Translations under genes and position numbers: made by a program
Part shown: positions 14,861 through 29,512 of the stretch, piece after piece
Position numbering within the stretch: the first letter of the stretch is position 1
Layout: each line of letters opens with the position of its first letter
The notes under the pieces: generated by a model
Seen by the model: the letters and a program-made list of their open reading frames with translations, nothing else
What the model was told of the DNA's origin: nothing
Database searches by the model: none
Assembly (NCBI RefSeq): GCF_009914755.1
Contig: NC_060933.1
DNA from: the human T2T-CHM13v2.0 reference genome, Homo sapiens
Length of the DNA: 64,000 bases
Direction: 5' to 3' (one strand)

Positions 14861-15665
14861 CCTCATATTCAACCCATTTTGGAATTTCCACGTTTTTACA
14901 TTTGGCCACATTTTTTACTTTCTGAAATTGTTCAAAAGCAGTGTGTAAAATTGTCTTTGGCCTTGGAATTTCAAAAACCTTGTCGTTACCAGATTGTAAC
15001 CCTCAATCGGCATTCACTTATAATACGTCCACATTAACCCCTGATTTAGAGTGGGGAATTCATCTGGCCAGGTTACACAAGAATACAGTTGTTCAAAACT
15101 GTCCTTACTAATACCTGTATTCCTCTTCTGAATGCCCTCCAGGAGGGGTTAGCCATGTGCAGAGTTTTGCCTATTGCTTTCACGTAAGCACATTCCATCC
15201 CTCAAGAGGGCACCTCTGTCATTTAGGTAGCAAGTAAGAGAAAACGCAATCTAAACCGACTTCAGCAACAAAGGGAATTTTTTGGTGCAGGTAAACAAGA
15301 AGTCCCATGGAATGGCAGCTTTTGAAACAAGCTGATCTGGGCTTGGGCTTACAAATATGAGTGCCATTTATTTCAGTTTCCTCTTCTCCATAAGTCAGTT
15401 TCGTCTTCCAACTGGCTTCCTTCAGGGTGGCAAAATGGCAGAAGCAGTTCTGGCCTTACGTCCACACATCTCATTACTTAGAAGATAATGCCTTTCTAGC
15501 CAAGCAAAAGCCCTGAGCTTCGTCGTAACTGAGCTAGCTTTTGTAATGTGCCTAAGGCTGAAGCATCCAATCAATGCCAACAGAGGAAGGCCATAGGTTG
15601 ACTGGCTGAGGCCCTTAAACCAATTACAGTAGCTAAGGGGGAAAGTGATGTCAATGGGTTCAGAA

Positions 15666-15842
15666 CAGTGGTTCTCAAAGTATGCTCCCTGACCAGTGGC
15701 ATTAACATCATCTGGGAACTTACTAAAAATGCAAATTCTTGGGCCTACTGATCCAGAAACTCTGGAGGTGGGGCCCAGCAATCTATGTTTTAACAAGCCT
15801 TCCAAGTGATTCTGATGGAAGCTAAAATGCATGACCCACTGA
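15666..15842. mobile_element. MER5A
   Basis: cagtggttctcaaag...aatgcaaattcttgggcc...ttttaacaagcc. Confidence 0.8.
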
Positions 15843-16536
15843 TTTTGACCATCAGGTCCTACTCACGGAGCCTAGAAGGGGGGAATCCCACTCATTTCCC
15901 TGGGCTGTCACACAATTAGAAAATAATGGAATGGAGGCCTGTGAAGTTACCATCGAAACACTTCAGAAGGGGATGGCCCCAGAAGAGGACAGCTCATTTC
16001 ACATCTTACTTTCTATGCTGAGGCTGTGGGGTAGAAATCACAGTGATGAGTACTACAAATTAGCAAATTGGTTTGAAGATTATTTCAGATGCCAATATTA
16101 TCAGTCTAAGGATCTTGAAGAAAAATAATGATAAGCATCAACCTTAGCATTTTCTATGGGTCCTAACCTACTCCCTTAGGAGAAATTTGACAAATTAATT
16201 TACACAAATATGACAGAAGTAAACCTACTTAGCAATTAAACGGCACTGAAGAAGTCATTCTCTAAAACAGTTTCTTAATCATGACTAATCCTAAGAATCA
16301 ACTAGAATAGGGTTACATATACAGATTCCTGGGTTCTACCCTAGACCAATTGAATCAGGATCATCAACGGAGGGGCCTGAGAATCTGTACTTTTAGCAGA
16401 CATAGCCAGTGATACACAGGGATTATATATGTTTGGAAAATGCTTCAAGGAGATAAAGCCAAAAAAATCAAGGAGAAAAATCTCATGGAGGAATTATTTG
16501 AATGCTTCTGACTAATCAAACGGTAGTTTCTTCCCC

Positions 16537-16844
<308 letters not shown>

Positions 16845-17227
16845 TCCTCTACTTTCTTCAATGCACTCCCTCACTACTGGGGCCTCTAACTAATGTTTCT
16901 TCCTCTAGTCTGACCCTATCCCACACCCTAAACAAGTTGCTTTCCATACCATTGTCACAGTAAAAGAAACTGGATGTCAGGCCTCTGATCAAAATCTATC
17001 ACAAGTCCTTACTATGGTTCACAGGATAAAATCCAAAGCCTTAGCATGACATCCTAGACTCCAGCTAATCCAGTCCTTGCCTTTCTTCTTCAGCCTTACT
17101 TCACATTGTTAGTCCATTTGAACCCCACCCTTGAATCACCCTGAATCCCTTCCATTGCCTTGAATAGATACTGCTGTTTTGCCTTTGTGCCCTCTGCTCA
17201 CCATGGTTTTCCTTCCCTCTTCCCCTG

Positions 17228-17830
17228 GTGTATCAGTCAGGTTAACACTAGGTTATGCTGAGGTAACAAAATCTCAGTAGATGAAGATGACAAAGATTTA
17301 CTACTCTCTCACCCGTTCTATGTTAGGGGTTGGCAAGTTTGTTTGATTTTTTTTTTTTTCTAAAGGACTAGATGGTAAATATTTTAGGCTTTGGGAGCAA
17401 CATACAGTCTCTGTTGCACACTATTCCTCTTCTTTGTAAAACTCTTTTTAAATGTAAAGATCACTCTTATTTGTAGGCCATACAAAAACAGGTGACTGGC
17501 TAGACTTGGCCCATGAGCCCTAGTTTGCTAACCTCTACTCTATGTGACCAGTGCTAAAGACACATAGACAGCAGGGAACTACTCACATGGGTAGTTCTAA
17601 ATGAATCGAATCACTCGGAGACCTGGGCTAATGCAGCAGCCACCTCTTAAACATTTCTTGTCACCACGCAGACACAAAGAGAGGGTTTCACATAAGCAAT
17701 TAAGTGCTCCGGTCTGAAAGTGGCACCCTGTAACTTAGGCTCACAAATAATTAGCCAAAGTTAGTCTTTCGACCCCATCCAACCATAAGGGGGCCAGGAC
17801 GTCCAATCCTACCATGTGTCCAGAAGTAGG
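17228..17830. mobile_element. Old MLT1 LTR with nested MER58A-like element (~17322-17535)
   Basis: tgtatcagtcagg...ggttatgctgaggtaacaaa start; internal ggtaaatattttaggcttt...tagtttgctaacc. Confidence 0.6.
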
Positions 17831-18214
17831 GAGAATTCAGATCACCGGGTAAAAATTATGAAAAAAGCTCAGAGACAAACGCTCTGTGAAGCCTTTTCTG
17901 ATACCTTCATCCTGCAGCCAGAATAGCTGCTTCTTCCTTGCAATCTTCTAGCACTTTAAGCATCTCTTAATCAGAGTGCTATACATAGGGTACTACAGTT
18001 GCCCACTTGCCTGCCTCCCCTACCAGATGCTGAGCTTCCTAGATAAGCACTTCTGTATGCCCACTACTTTGCACAGTGCCCGTTAGCCAGGGATGCTCAG
18101 TATGTGTTGCTTCAACAAATAAATGAATGTGGTGGATTGTAGGAGTGAATGGGATTGCCTCTGCATTTACCTGACGGCGTCGGGAATCCAGCAGTGTCAA
18201 CTTCTCTGAACCCA

Positions 18215-18302
18215 GTTAGTTCAACCATTTCAGTCTCCACTTATGATCAATTAGCTCTGTTAGTTCAACCACTTCAATATCCACTTATCATCAATTTATC
18301 TT
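18215..18302. repeat. Two-copy 44-bp tandem duplication
   Basis: GTTAGTTCAACCA...CCACTTAT.ATCAATT repeated at 18215 and 18259. Confidence 0.85.
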
Positions 18303-19336
18303 TTTAGTTATTAGCTACTTTCTATCATAATCCAATGAATTTCTCCATACAACCTTTTTCTTCTAATAAACAACACCTTGCAGAGAGCTGGTCCTTGAGG
18401 CCACGGAGCACTTTGATATAATGTGGCTTGGCTTTCTTTTCAGTTTACAGGCCAAAAGGCAGACACAGAGAGGCACAGTGATTTTTCCCAAGTTACACAG
18501 TCAATCAGAGATGGAGCCAAAAGTTATGCTTTCTTCTGAGTCAACAAAAAAGCTACAGGATTGAATACAGAGCTGCAGCTAAGTTCACTGAAAGTTTATT
18601 TATATCCCTTGGAGAATTAGAAAGTACTCACACACGTTTTTCAAAGTTAAGTCTTATTATACCATATCAATGTATAGCTTGTAGTATACCTGTATCTCTG
18701 AGTAAAGTATTAAAAACAAGTCATATGACTGTTTATTAATGCTGCCTCTTTTTGTATTGATTCCACCCATCCCTTCTACTCCTTTCCTCTTCTGTAAAGC
18801 AGTAGCTCATCAGATGGCATTTCAGAACCCTGAGAATATGAAAGACATCATGCACTAAGGTTTTCCTATCACATCTCAATGCCATTAGGTGAATAACACC
18901 GGCATGCATCTTCACTACTAAATGTCATACAAACAAATTTCAGTTGTTTCACATGCAACCTGTGTGGCTGCTGCAGTTTGTATCAACTATGTAACCACAG
19001 GGTGGGCAAAATAGCATTCAAAATGAGCTATAGTGCAAGATACCATCCATACGTAGAGTTAAGCCCTTTCATGCTTAGCAGTCACAATCAGGATATCTTT
19101 GGCCCACAGAAACCTATCCTGACTGGAATTTTCCTCTCCTGTGTGTCTCCTGGATATAGTAAGTTCCTAATAAACATCTCCTCTGATTGCTAGCCTTGAC
19201 AAATTTCCAGGAGAACCAGGGCAAGGAGAAGACAGTGAGGCAGTGCCCGCTGCTCTTCAGATCACCAACAGAATAGAGTCAGAATATGATATTATTGAAA
19301 CCTTCCAAGTTTGAATTAAGATAAAAACAACTTTTT

Positions 19337-20400
19337 CAAAATACCAAAAACCTTTTATTTAAGAAAGTGAAATCGCTCGATGTGCCCTCCCACTCTGGTT
19401 AGATGCTCAACAGACCACAGCAGACAATGCACCTCAACCAGGGCTAAGTGTGCAAGAAAACTGAAGTACACAAAAAGCAAATTATAGACTCAGGTACTGT
19501 CAGGCACAAAAGAAGAACCAACCCTTTCTAGGAGTCTTGTCTTTGCTTCCTTTATTCTTTCCTCGATTCTTGTAATTGAATGTTACAAAGTATATCAAGA
19601 GGAATAAACGTATGGGGCCCCTCTCTTCCAAACAAGAAAAGGTTAAGCTTTTAATTACAGGCCCTCAAACTATCATTTTGTGCAATTAGCAATTAACTAT
19701 AATCGTTGATGAGCAAATGCAAAGCTGCGCTAGCAATTTCCCTTCTCCTCATCCCAGGCTGGGTTATTTCAGTCTTGTTCTATTACAGAGGACCAGACAC
19801 AACCGCGCGCACTCTCTTTCAAACATACACACTCTCTCACTTAAAGACACATTTAGTTTTCGGCAAAACGGCATCTCAGCGTGCGATTGAGACCGGCATC
19901 CCAAACCCCACATTTGAGCAGCCCAAACGTTTGGAGCCCCTCCGCTTCATCACTTTCTGAGTGGATAGAGGAGGCCCGAAGAAGATGCTACCTACCAGCC
20001 TCTCTCAGGGGCGCAGGAGAGGGTGGTAGAGAGATGCTTGTTGCCCCTGGAAACTGCAAGTACCCCCCAGGTGCACGCCCCGTCAGTGGGGAGGCGGTGG
20101 CAACAGCAACGATAGTTGCATCAGCGCTAACTGCTGCTGCTGCTGCGTGTTCTGCCGGAGGCTGCCGGGAGGGTACAGTAATGACTGTAGGGAGCGCACA
20201 GCCGCTGCGGCGGCAGGTTCCCTGGATCAGGAAATTAGGACAGGCACCGGGGATTGGAGGCGAGGGCGGCGCGCGAGCCAACCAGCGGTCGCCCCGGGCC
20301 CCCGTGAGCCCCAGGCGAACGCGCGGAGCAGCCGGGCCCCTAGAGCGGTCCGGGTGGCGGCGGCGGCAGCCACGACCACGACCGCGGTCACTCACGCACG
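19337..20400 (-). ncRNA. Putative short spliced divergent antisense transcript (VLDLR-AS1-type isoform): exon ending 19996, intron 19995-19461, last exon 19460-~19337
   Basis: Minus strand: donor CTG|GTAGGT; acceptor tttgctttttgtgtacttcag|; AATAAA at 19359-19354; U/GU-rich element after the putative cleavage site. An antisense lncRNA is known at this locus, but this isoform and its TSS are inferred. Confidence 0.5.
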
Positions 20401-20521
20401 CTCACACTCGCACGCTCCCCGCGCGGGCACCCGGCTGCCCGGCGCGTGCAAGAGGAGCGCGTCGAGGGAAAGGAGGGCCGAAGCCGCCGCGCTCCCGCCC
20501 GCCCGCCGCGCCTCCCGTTGA

Positions 20522-21034
<513 letters not shown>

Positions 21035-24000
21035 TAAGGACGCGCCCCTCCGCCGGCGGGCGGGACCCAGCCGGGGCACCGGGAGACCCCGAGGCGTAGG
21101 TCTCCGTTTGCCCACCCGCCTCCTAGGAGGCGCCTCTCGGTTCTCCTCGCCTTCCCTCCCTCCCCTCCGTGGTGGCGCCTCTGAGCTGTCAGCGCCGAGG
21201 CTAAAGGGAGCCGGGCTTGGGGAACAGCGGGGTTCGGGGTGCCCCGACGCCTCGCCTGAACTAGTCTTCTGCCCCTCACTCCGCCTCCCCCAGAGCCGCT
21301 GCTTTGCCTCGCTTCTCGCCCTCTTGACGGGCGCCGAGGTGCGTGGGCTTCTGAGCATTGAACAATGGTTCTGCCTCCTCTGCCAGGCGCAGTGTTGGGA
21401 AGGAGGCAGAGGGCCAAGACGTGTGCGGCAGCCTCGGGCGCACCCTCGAACCCCGGGGAGTGCGGGAGCGGACGGGGGGAGAAGGTGAGCGCCTCCGGGG
21501 ACGCGGAGCGCCAGGGGCCGGCCGGGCTTCAGAGTCTTCCGGCGGCCGCGAGCTGGCGCACGTTCGGTGGGCGGCGGCCGGGAGGCTCCGCGGAGCCGAG
21601 GGCACCCGGACTGCGACTCCCCCGGCGCGGGGCCGCCTCTCCGGCGTGCGGGGTAGGGGAGCGGCGGGGCTTTACGCAGGACTCTGCTCTGGGCGCTTCT
21701 CCTCTCCCTTTTCCCCGCCTCGGGCGGCGTTTGGAAACCGCTCGGGTCTCCCGTGTAGCTGAACGCGGAGGGGGAGTGGAGGGGAGACTTAATCTGGTTA
21801 GTTTGCTGACCCTCCTTCCCGGTGACGTTTCCTCGAGAGGAATTGAGTCCTAGGCTAGTGACTGTAATTAGCCTTCATTCTACACAATAGCTCAAAGGAG
21901 CAGCGCGAGAGCGAGCGTGTGGCCCTGTCTTGTTGGGAAGGGCGGCGGTGACTACTGTCGGGTCCCCAGACTCTGCCGCGGGGGCCTGGGGGCCCCGCCT
22001 GGTCGTCAGCCACGTTCCCACTTGGGGCCTCGTAACTTTCCTGGACAGGCGACAGGAAGCCTTTCTGAGAGGACTCAGTCGGAATCCTAGCGCGTCCCCG
22101 AAGTGATCTTCAGATGTGACGCCGAGGGGCTTGCTTGCCAGCTGCAGGGAATTGGGACTGAAAGCCGCCCAGGCCCTTAACACCCGTTCCAGAGTCCCTG
22201 GCTCCCGTCGCCGGGTGGCTTCAGGGGCCCTAGCCGGCCTGCAGTCACGTGCTCCTGAAGTGAGAGCGAACTTTAAAGCATGTGGTCAAGGAGCCTGTCG
22301 GGCAGCGCCTGGGGTTTTTACGTCTCCGAATGCCCCTGCCCTTTGGTTGCCACTGTCCGGAGCGTGTGAACTGGGACTGGCCTTTCCGCCCTCTGCGATT
22401 GGTTAGCGGTGCGATCACGTTTAGGTTGGTCACATGGTTCCGCGGACTCTTAAGTGGGCAGCATGGGCAGTGTTATTTTCAATGGAAAGTAGGAGACTCC
22501 ACAGGCTCTTACGGGCTGTTCTCTCAAATGCCTTCCCCTGCCTGGACTCTTTGAAGAGGACGAATGTGTAGTGAACATGGAATCTGATGTGTAACAAGCC
22601 TGAGAGCCTAGAAAAGCTCTGCTTACAAGAGTTTCCAAACGCTAGCATTAATCATTAATAGATGAGTAATACTAACTTATTAAACGATTTCTCAGTATAG
22701 TGCCATGACTTGCATTATGCCTTTTGTAACATTTCAAAACGCTAAGGTATACCAGAAGGAGGGACAATTATCCAGGAAGGTGAGAGAAAAGTTTCGTTTT
22801 TGCTGCATGTCCCTTCCACTAGAGGTTAACTTTACCTTATAGAATGCTAGGAATGCACCTAAACTACTGACATGAGTTAGTCAAAGCCAGATGTTCACCT
22901 TGTATTGGGCAGGTGAGGATCCTTTTCACTTTGTCACATGTGAAATATTTGACATGCCATGAACAATGGAAAAACAAATTCTTCAAAGGAGAGGAAGCAG
23001 ATTCTTCCAGAACTGGAGGAAATTTGGGCTGAGGCAGTTATTGACCCTAAACCAATCCCAACCGGCATCTGTCTTAAGTTCAAAGTCTCAGGGCATGTGG
23101 GCTGACTTTCTACCCTGGAGCTTCTACACATACCCCTTCTGTCCACTGGCACATGGTGCTGTTCCACAATACTCCTGGACAAGACAGGTGAACACTGAGA
23201 CTCTGGCAAGGAACTTAAGGCTAACAAGAAGTTGGTATACCTGATTGCACAATTCCTGGGGGTTCTGGGACATTTTCCTTCAGCCTAAGTAGTCAAGATT
23301 AAGATCTGTGGTATGATATATTCTTTAAGGCCAGAGTCTAAAAGAACCAAGGTTTTTTGAGAGCTATTCATATATGGCTAGCAACTAGCCTAAGAATAGA
23401 AAGAAAATTCCCTCATTGTGAGAAGTGGGTTGGTGGTACTGGTGGTAGTAATAGACCTGGAGGTAGGAAACTGGTTGGCATGGAAAGTAAACTTGGCTCA
23501 TCCAGATAGCACCAATGAAGGTATGACGATGATAGTACCCCTTATCAAAGACTGATCACTCATGTGAGCAGGGACTGCGTAAAGGAAGGTCACCAGCCAA
23601 GCCCTCCTTGGCAGTAACAGCTTCATGAAATCTAGTGTAGCTTTGTTCCCTGGATCACCCTCTTGCCCACTTTATGTGGCATTTACCTATAGTGCCTGTC
23701 CTGTGTCATTTTGATTGTTTGCTTTTATGGCCTGAGTCCCCAGATACTTAAAGCATGTATAAAGGTCAAGTAGAGCTGCCAAATATTAAGACTTTAGTAC
23801 AATAGACTGCTATTTAACACTAAACATTGCTAGCAAAGGTGACAGTCTCCATGCTCAAAAGAAGTGAAGACCTGATCCAAGTGTCTCTACCTGTCATAAA
23901 ATTGAATAACCGTAAACTTGACTTGAGTAGTTTCATTACAGTTTTGGAAGAGGAAAAAAGTTGTTACAAGCCCCTTCTGCTCCAGGAGAGGTATCAAATT

Positions 24001-24865
24001 GATAAGACTTAACAAGAACTCCTAGAGTAGAACATGACCATAAGATCAAGGGAACACATAGTACCCAGCCGTGTGGCTTCGGGTTTTGATCCCAAACCTT
24101 GAAGACTTGGCACACAGCATAGAAATACAGCTAATTCATTTTAAATATCTAGCCCATTTTCTGTTTCTCACAGAATGTAAATTTGTTCTTTTCAGTGCAG
24201 GGAAAAGTGTTTAAGACAAGGCAGTTGCCTACGTGACTTAAAGTAATGATTGCATTCACTTTGGATACTGACTTTCATTTGGAAAACCACCTTCACATAC
24301 TAGCCTATAAGAAATTAAATGTATTAAAGGGCTTGATGAGGTCTATAATGATGTTCGTTGTAAATGTACCTGCCTTAGGGAGCTCCTTGTGGTGGCTAAT
24401 ACAACTGCCCTCTACATGGTTAGTTGATAAATTCAAAATTGCTTAGTTTGGTCCCTACTAATTTAATCTCAAAAGAATACTTGGACAACAGAGTGATAGA
24501 CTACTTTCAAGGCAAACAGTCCAAAAATACTGTCTGCTGAGGTTATGGGCGAGATATACTTGTTAAGCGGAAGTAAGTAGTCCAGGGACAATTTTTTCTG
24601 CCACCTAAAGAGTTTTGGGCTAGAAAATCTGAGGACTGATAGTTTTTCTGAAGAGTTGGGGCAGAGTCTAACCTAGCTATAGGCGAATCTGGCTTTTAAG
24701 TAAAAATCATCTCAATTTTACTGTCTGCATTTTTCAAACTAAATCAGTGTCTCTTTGCTAAGTTCGTCTATTGGCTTGCAACAAAAACTCTAAACACTGT
24801 TAATACCACTTAGTTAAGTACACTAACTGCACTGCAGGAACCAAATGAGATGGCAGGTGATAACA

Positions 24866-25208
24866 CAGGTTAAGTGTCCTTTATCTGAAATACTTGAAAC
24901 CAGAAGGGTTCCACAGAGTTTAGATTTTTTCAGATTTTGGGACATTCACACATACATAATAAGGTATCTTGGGGATGGGACCCAAGTCTAAACATGAAAT
25001 TCGTTTATATTTCACATACACCTTATACACATAGCCTGAAGGTAATTTTATAGACTATTTTTAATGATTTTATACAAGAAACAAAGTTTTGACTGCAACT
25101 TGTCACGTGATGTCAGGTGTGGAATTTCCACACTTACGGCATCATGTCAGCACTCAAAGTTTTGGATTTTGGAGCATCTCAGATTGCGGATTAGGGATGC
25201 TCAACCTG
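24866..25208. mobile_element. Tigger4/MER46-like TcMar DNA transposon
   Basis: Imperfect terminal inverted repeats CAGGTTAAGTGTCCTTTATC ... GATTAGGGATGCTCAACCTG. Confidence 0.8.
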
Positions 25209-26341
25209 GACCATAAATTTAGCATACTTTTCCCCTTGAGTGAAGTCTCCTAGGAAAGCTTGGGCCCAACAGTTATTTTGAGTCTCTAAGCAAGAGAATG
25301 CCTGTTAGGTCCTGTGAGAGTAAGTGTGGAGATTCTGTTAGAAATGTTTCAATGCTTGCTTAGAGATCCTTTGCCTACTTTGTAGTTTAGAGATGCTGGA
25401 AACTATAAGATGAAGCCTCTGGCTAGAGCAGCTGATTTTGCCAACTTGGGGGCCATCTGGGGAGCCTTTATGTATGTAGACGAGGTGGTGGGGATGGGGG
25501 GACTTGCAATTTGCCAACCAAGGGACATAACAAAGCCTCGGCGATAGACAGCATTTGTGAGTTACATCACAAGTTTGTTAGAACTTAATAGTTCTCCCAC
25601 ATGCTGTGAGTAAACAGGGTTTCTATTTTATAGACTGCCTCTAATCTTTCATTTTCTTAAGAAAGACTTCCCCACATCTGAGGTATTAACTGATCTGTAT
25701 GTTCACTAAGTAGGTTGCAGATTGATGTTGGTCATCTTTGTGCATCTTCTGGAAACCACTTAATGTACATCTACTGAGTACCTACCATATGGCACCAGGC
25801 ATGGGGACAGAGTGACCATAGCACTGGTTCCTTCCTTTGTGGCACTTAGTCTAGTAGGGGAATCAAAGCAGGAAACAGCCAAAGACCGCTTGGAATAGAA
25901 GCTCTGAAGAGGAGTGAGCAGATCCAGTGTTTAAGACTTAATCATAAAAGAGGCAGATAGCAGCTGGAGATTTCTGGAATTTCCATATGCTATCTGGGTT
26001 CTAGCTTATGAAGTTTCCCTAAAATTACCAAGAACTTAGACTTTAATTTCAAAAAGCCAGAAATAATTCTATGTCTGCAGATAATCCTACAAAAGTGATA
26101 TGACTAAAGCAACAATGGATTACTGCCAGTATTACCAAAGAGCATTAAAACATGTCAGAAGTAAAATCTGCGTCTGATATATCACACTCAACTTTACCAG
26201 TTAGCCGCTGCTAACCTTCTCAGGTGTTGGAACCTCTCTTTTCACATGGAAATGAAGCCAACACACCCAAAGGGACACACTCATTCTGACAGACAAGTGT
26301 GTGAAAATGCACTGTTTTTAAATGATAAATTGCAACAAAGA

Positions 26342-26640
26342 GGCCGGGCGCGGTGGCTCAAACCTATAATCCCAGTGCTTTTGGAGGCCGAGGCAGGCAG
26401 ATCACGAGGTCAGGAGTTCGAGACCAGCCTGGCCAACATAGTGAAAGCCCATCTCTACTAAAAATACAAAAAAATTAGCTGGGTGTGGTGGTGCGAGCCT
26501 GTAATCCCAGCTACTCAGGAGGCTGAGGCAGGAGAATCGCTTGAACCCGGGTGGCAGAGATTTCAGTGAGCCGAGATAACGCCACTGCACTCCAGCCTGG
26601 GCTACAGTGCGAGAATCCATCTCAAAAAAAAAAAAAAAAA
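26342..26640 (+). mobile_element. Alu (AluS-type)
   Basis: Full dimer; TSD AAATTGC(A/T)ACAAAGA. Confidence 0.95.
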
Positions 26641-27775
26641 ATTGCTACAAAGATGAGGTGAAGGTACCCTCATAGGCCTAGGGAACAGGGACCTTTATAA
26701 CCTAGAGTCTTTCAAAGTATTCTAGCTAGTAAAACAACCAGTCACACTTGGTTTCAAGTTCTGAAAAAGCTGGGGGAAATGTTTTTGACAAAAGTTTTTA
26801 GTTCAGACCAGCTTTATTAGTAAACTAATAAATCAACTCATGCACCCAAGACTACCAACTAGTGCCTAGAGAATATAGGATGTCAGGCACCAGGTCCTGA
26901 GTTACAAATGTGAACTGCAGCCCATGCCTTAGGGGATCTCTGTGTCTAAAGGTGAAAAATGGTAGCTGAACTCATCTCCTTGGGTGATGGCTCTGTGACA
27001 GGGACTATTATGAGAAAGCAGCCAGACCATACCTAGTTTTTCCAAAAAAGGCATTGAGGCCTCATTCAAGAATACAATCTGAGCCCACTCCTGGTGAATG
27101 GGTGGACAAGGGCAACATGAACAAACTGAGACAAAGCAGCCATGAGGAAGGGCAAAGCCATGGGGAAGTGAGTGGGTCCCCTTTGAGCTGTTAGCTCAGC
27201 CCGTATAGCAGATGGTGGGTAGTGACCAATAGGGAAAAGTCTGAGGAAATTAGTAGGGAACTTAATCCTAGAGATAGTGGTAAGCCAAGAAATGACCCCA
27301 TTCTTGGCTATTCTAGGTTGCTTGAATCACTAGGTTGCTTGATATGGGTAGAGAATGTGGCAGCCTGGAGGCAAAGGAACAAGACATTTAAATTGACATC
27401 AGGTGAGAGGAGGGCTTGGGCATAGCCAGGGATTGATGGCCAAATGTCAGGGAAGAATTTGGGCTCATTTCTGGAGTACTGATTTAGAGTAAGTAATGGG
27501 GCCAATCAAAGATAGACTACACAGGGAGGGAAGGATGGATTTTAGAAGAACCTCTGCCTAGTAAGACACCCAAATAAATTTTTTCTGCAAAATAGTTTTG
27601 AGGGCTTTACTCACATGTTACTATCATGTGTATTGTAAAAGAGGCATTTATCTCCTGTGTCCCTCCTGTGATGAACATTAGGCCTTATGAGGGTGTTATT
27701 GGTATATGCTACAACCCTGAAAATGAAAGAGCCACTTACATTATGGGTAGAAGCTGTAGCTTCTTAACCTTAGTG

Positions 27776-27979
27776 CAGTGGTTCTCAAAGTGTGGACCGA
27801 AATTGGCAACATTAATTCAATGTTAATTGAGTTCATGTGTCAACATTGACTCATTAGAAATGCAAACTTAGGCCCTGTTCTAGACCTGCTGAATCAGAAT
27901 CCAGGCTGGGGCCCAGCATTCTGTGTTTTAACAAGCCTTCCTGGGGATTCTGATGCACACGGGAGCTTGAGAACGACTG
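27776..27979. mobile_element. MER5A
   Basis: cagtggttctcaaagtgtgg...ttagaaatgcaaa...ttgagaacgactg. Confidence 0.8.
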
Positions 27980-28541
27980 ACTTAGTTTACCACTCACAGA
28001 AGCTAACGATTTTCAAGGTATATCCGATGGAGGGCCTTTCCTCTGACTTGAACCCTAGACAAGAAAACCAAGAGCTATAATCCTTTTAGAAGACTTGCTG
28101 AGGAATTCTAGAAACATTTTTAAAAACTTAGAATGAGGAAGGAAAGCAGGCCTCCATCTCAACAACAAGGCTAAATCTAAGTTGATGCTTAGTAACACAG
28201 TATCTAGAGCCAGTGCCTGGGTTCAACTCCTAGCTCTGCCCAGGGCAATCTGGGACAAGTGACTGTACTTTCCTTCTCTACCAGGTTTCCTGATCTGTAA
28301 AAGAGGAATAATAGGGCCAACTGTGCAGGATTAAGAATTTTAAAAGCTAAGAGATGTGAAGTCTTAGAGCAGTGTTTGACCAACAACAAAAACGATTTGA
28401 TTATGTCCATGATTCTTAAGATCAATTTGATGTAAATGGAAATTGAATGTAACTGACAATTGAACTGTAAAATTCACTTATTTCCATGACTCAGAAGAAT
28501 TAGCCTACATATTCACCACTTTTTAGTGGCCCCCGAACTAG

Positions 28542-28913
<372 letters not shown>

Positions 28914-29512
28914 TGACAGCTCAGAACATTTCCCTTAACACCTGTTGTGGTACTTTGCCTCTTACAAACCCTTCTCCCCTTAGGAAAACTTTTTTGCTGA
29001 CTCAGAAATTTGCTTGTCCTGAAAGGAGTTTTAGCTTACAAATAGAAACACTGTCATTAAAGTGGCAAGCAGTAGAAGTGAACTAGACTAAAAATAAATG
29101 CCCTTGGTGGCCCCAGAAGTGCCAAAACAAATGGACGGAAGGAATTCCAGCAAGTAACACCCATATGCTCAAGCAATGAGTAAGGGCATGAGAGATGTAA
29201 ATGCTTGGCCCTGGTGGCCCCAGCAGTGTGGCAGCATGAGCCTCTGTGCAGGCTGAAGTACGCTCTGAGCCTGGTACCCAGAGACACTTTCTCTATATTC
29301 TGGGCATGCATCTTGGAGTGCTCCTGCCAGGGTGCTGCTCGGAGCCCCATAGGGAGATTTGTAGTCCGTTTGGAAGGCTTGGTATTTACTCGAAGGCCTA
29401 TGCAGTTTTTTACTGAAGCTTATGTATTAGTCCTCCATGTCAACCGCTACAGGGAAAATTAGACAATGGCGGCTGACTTCTATATGCATTAAAAACCCTG
29501 AGTTTCCCTCTA

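Noticed and set aside
20080-20100. Possible CTCF motif in the captured promoter segment
   Set aside because: Too many mismatches to the CTCF core by eye
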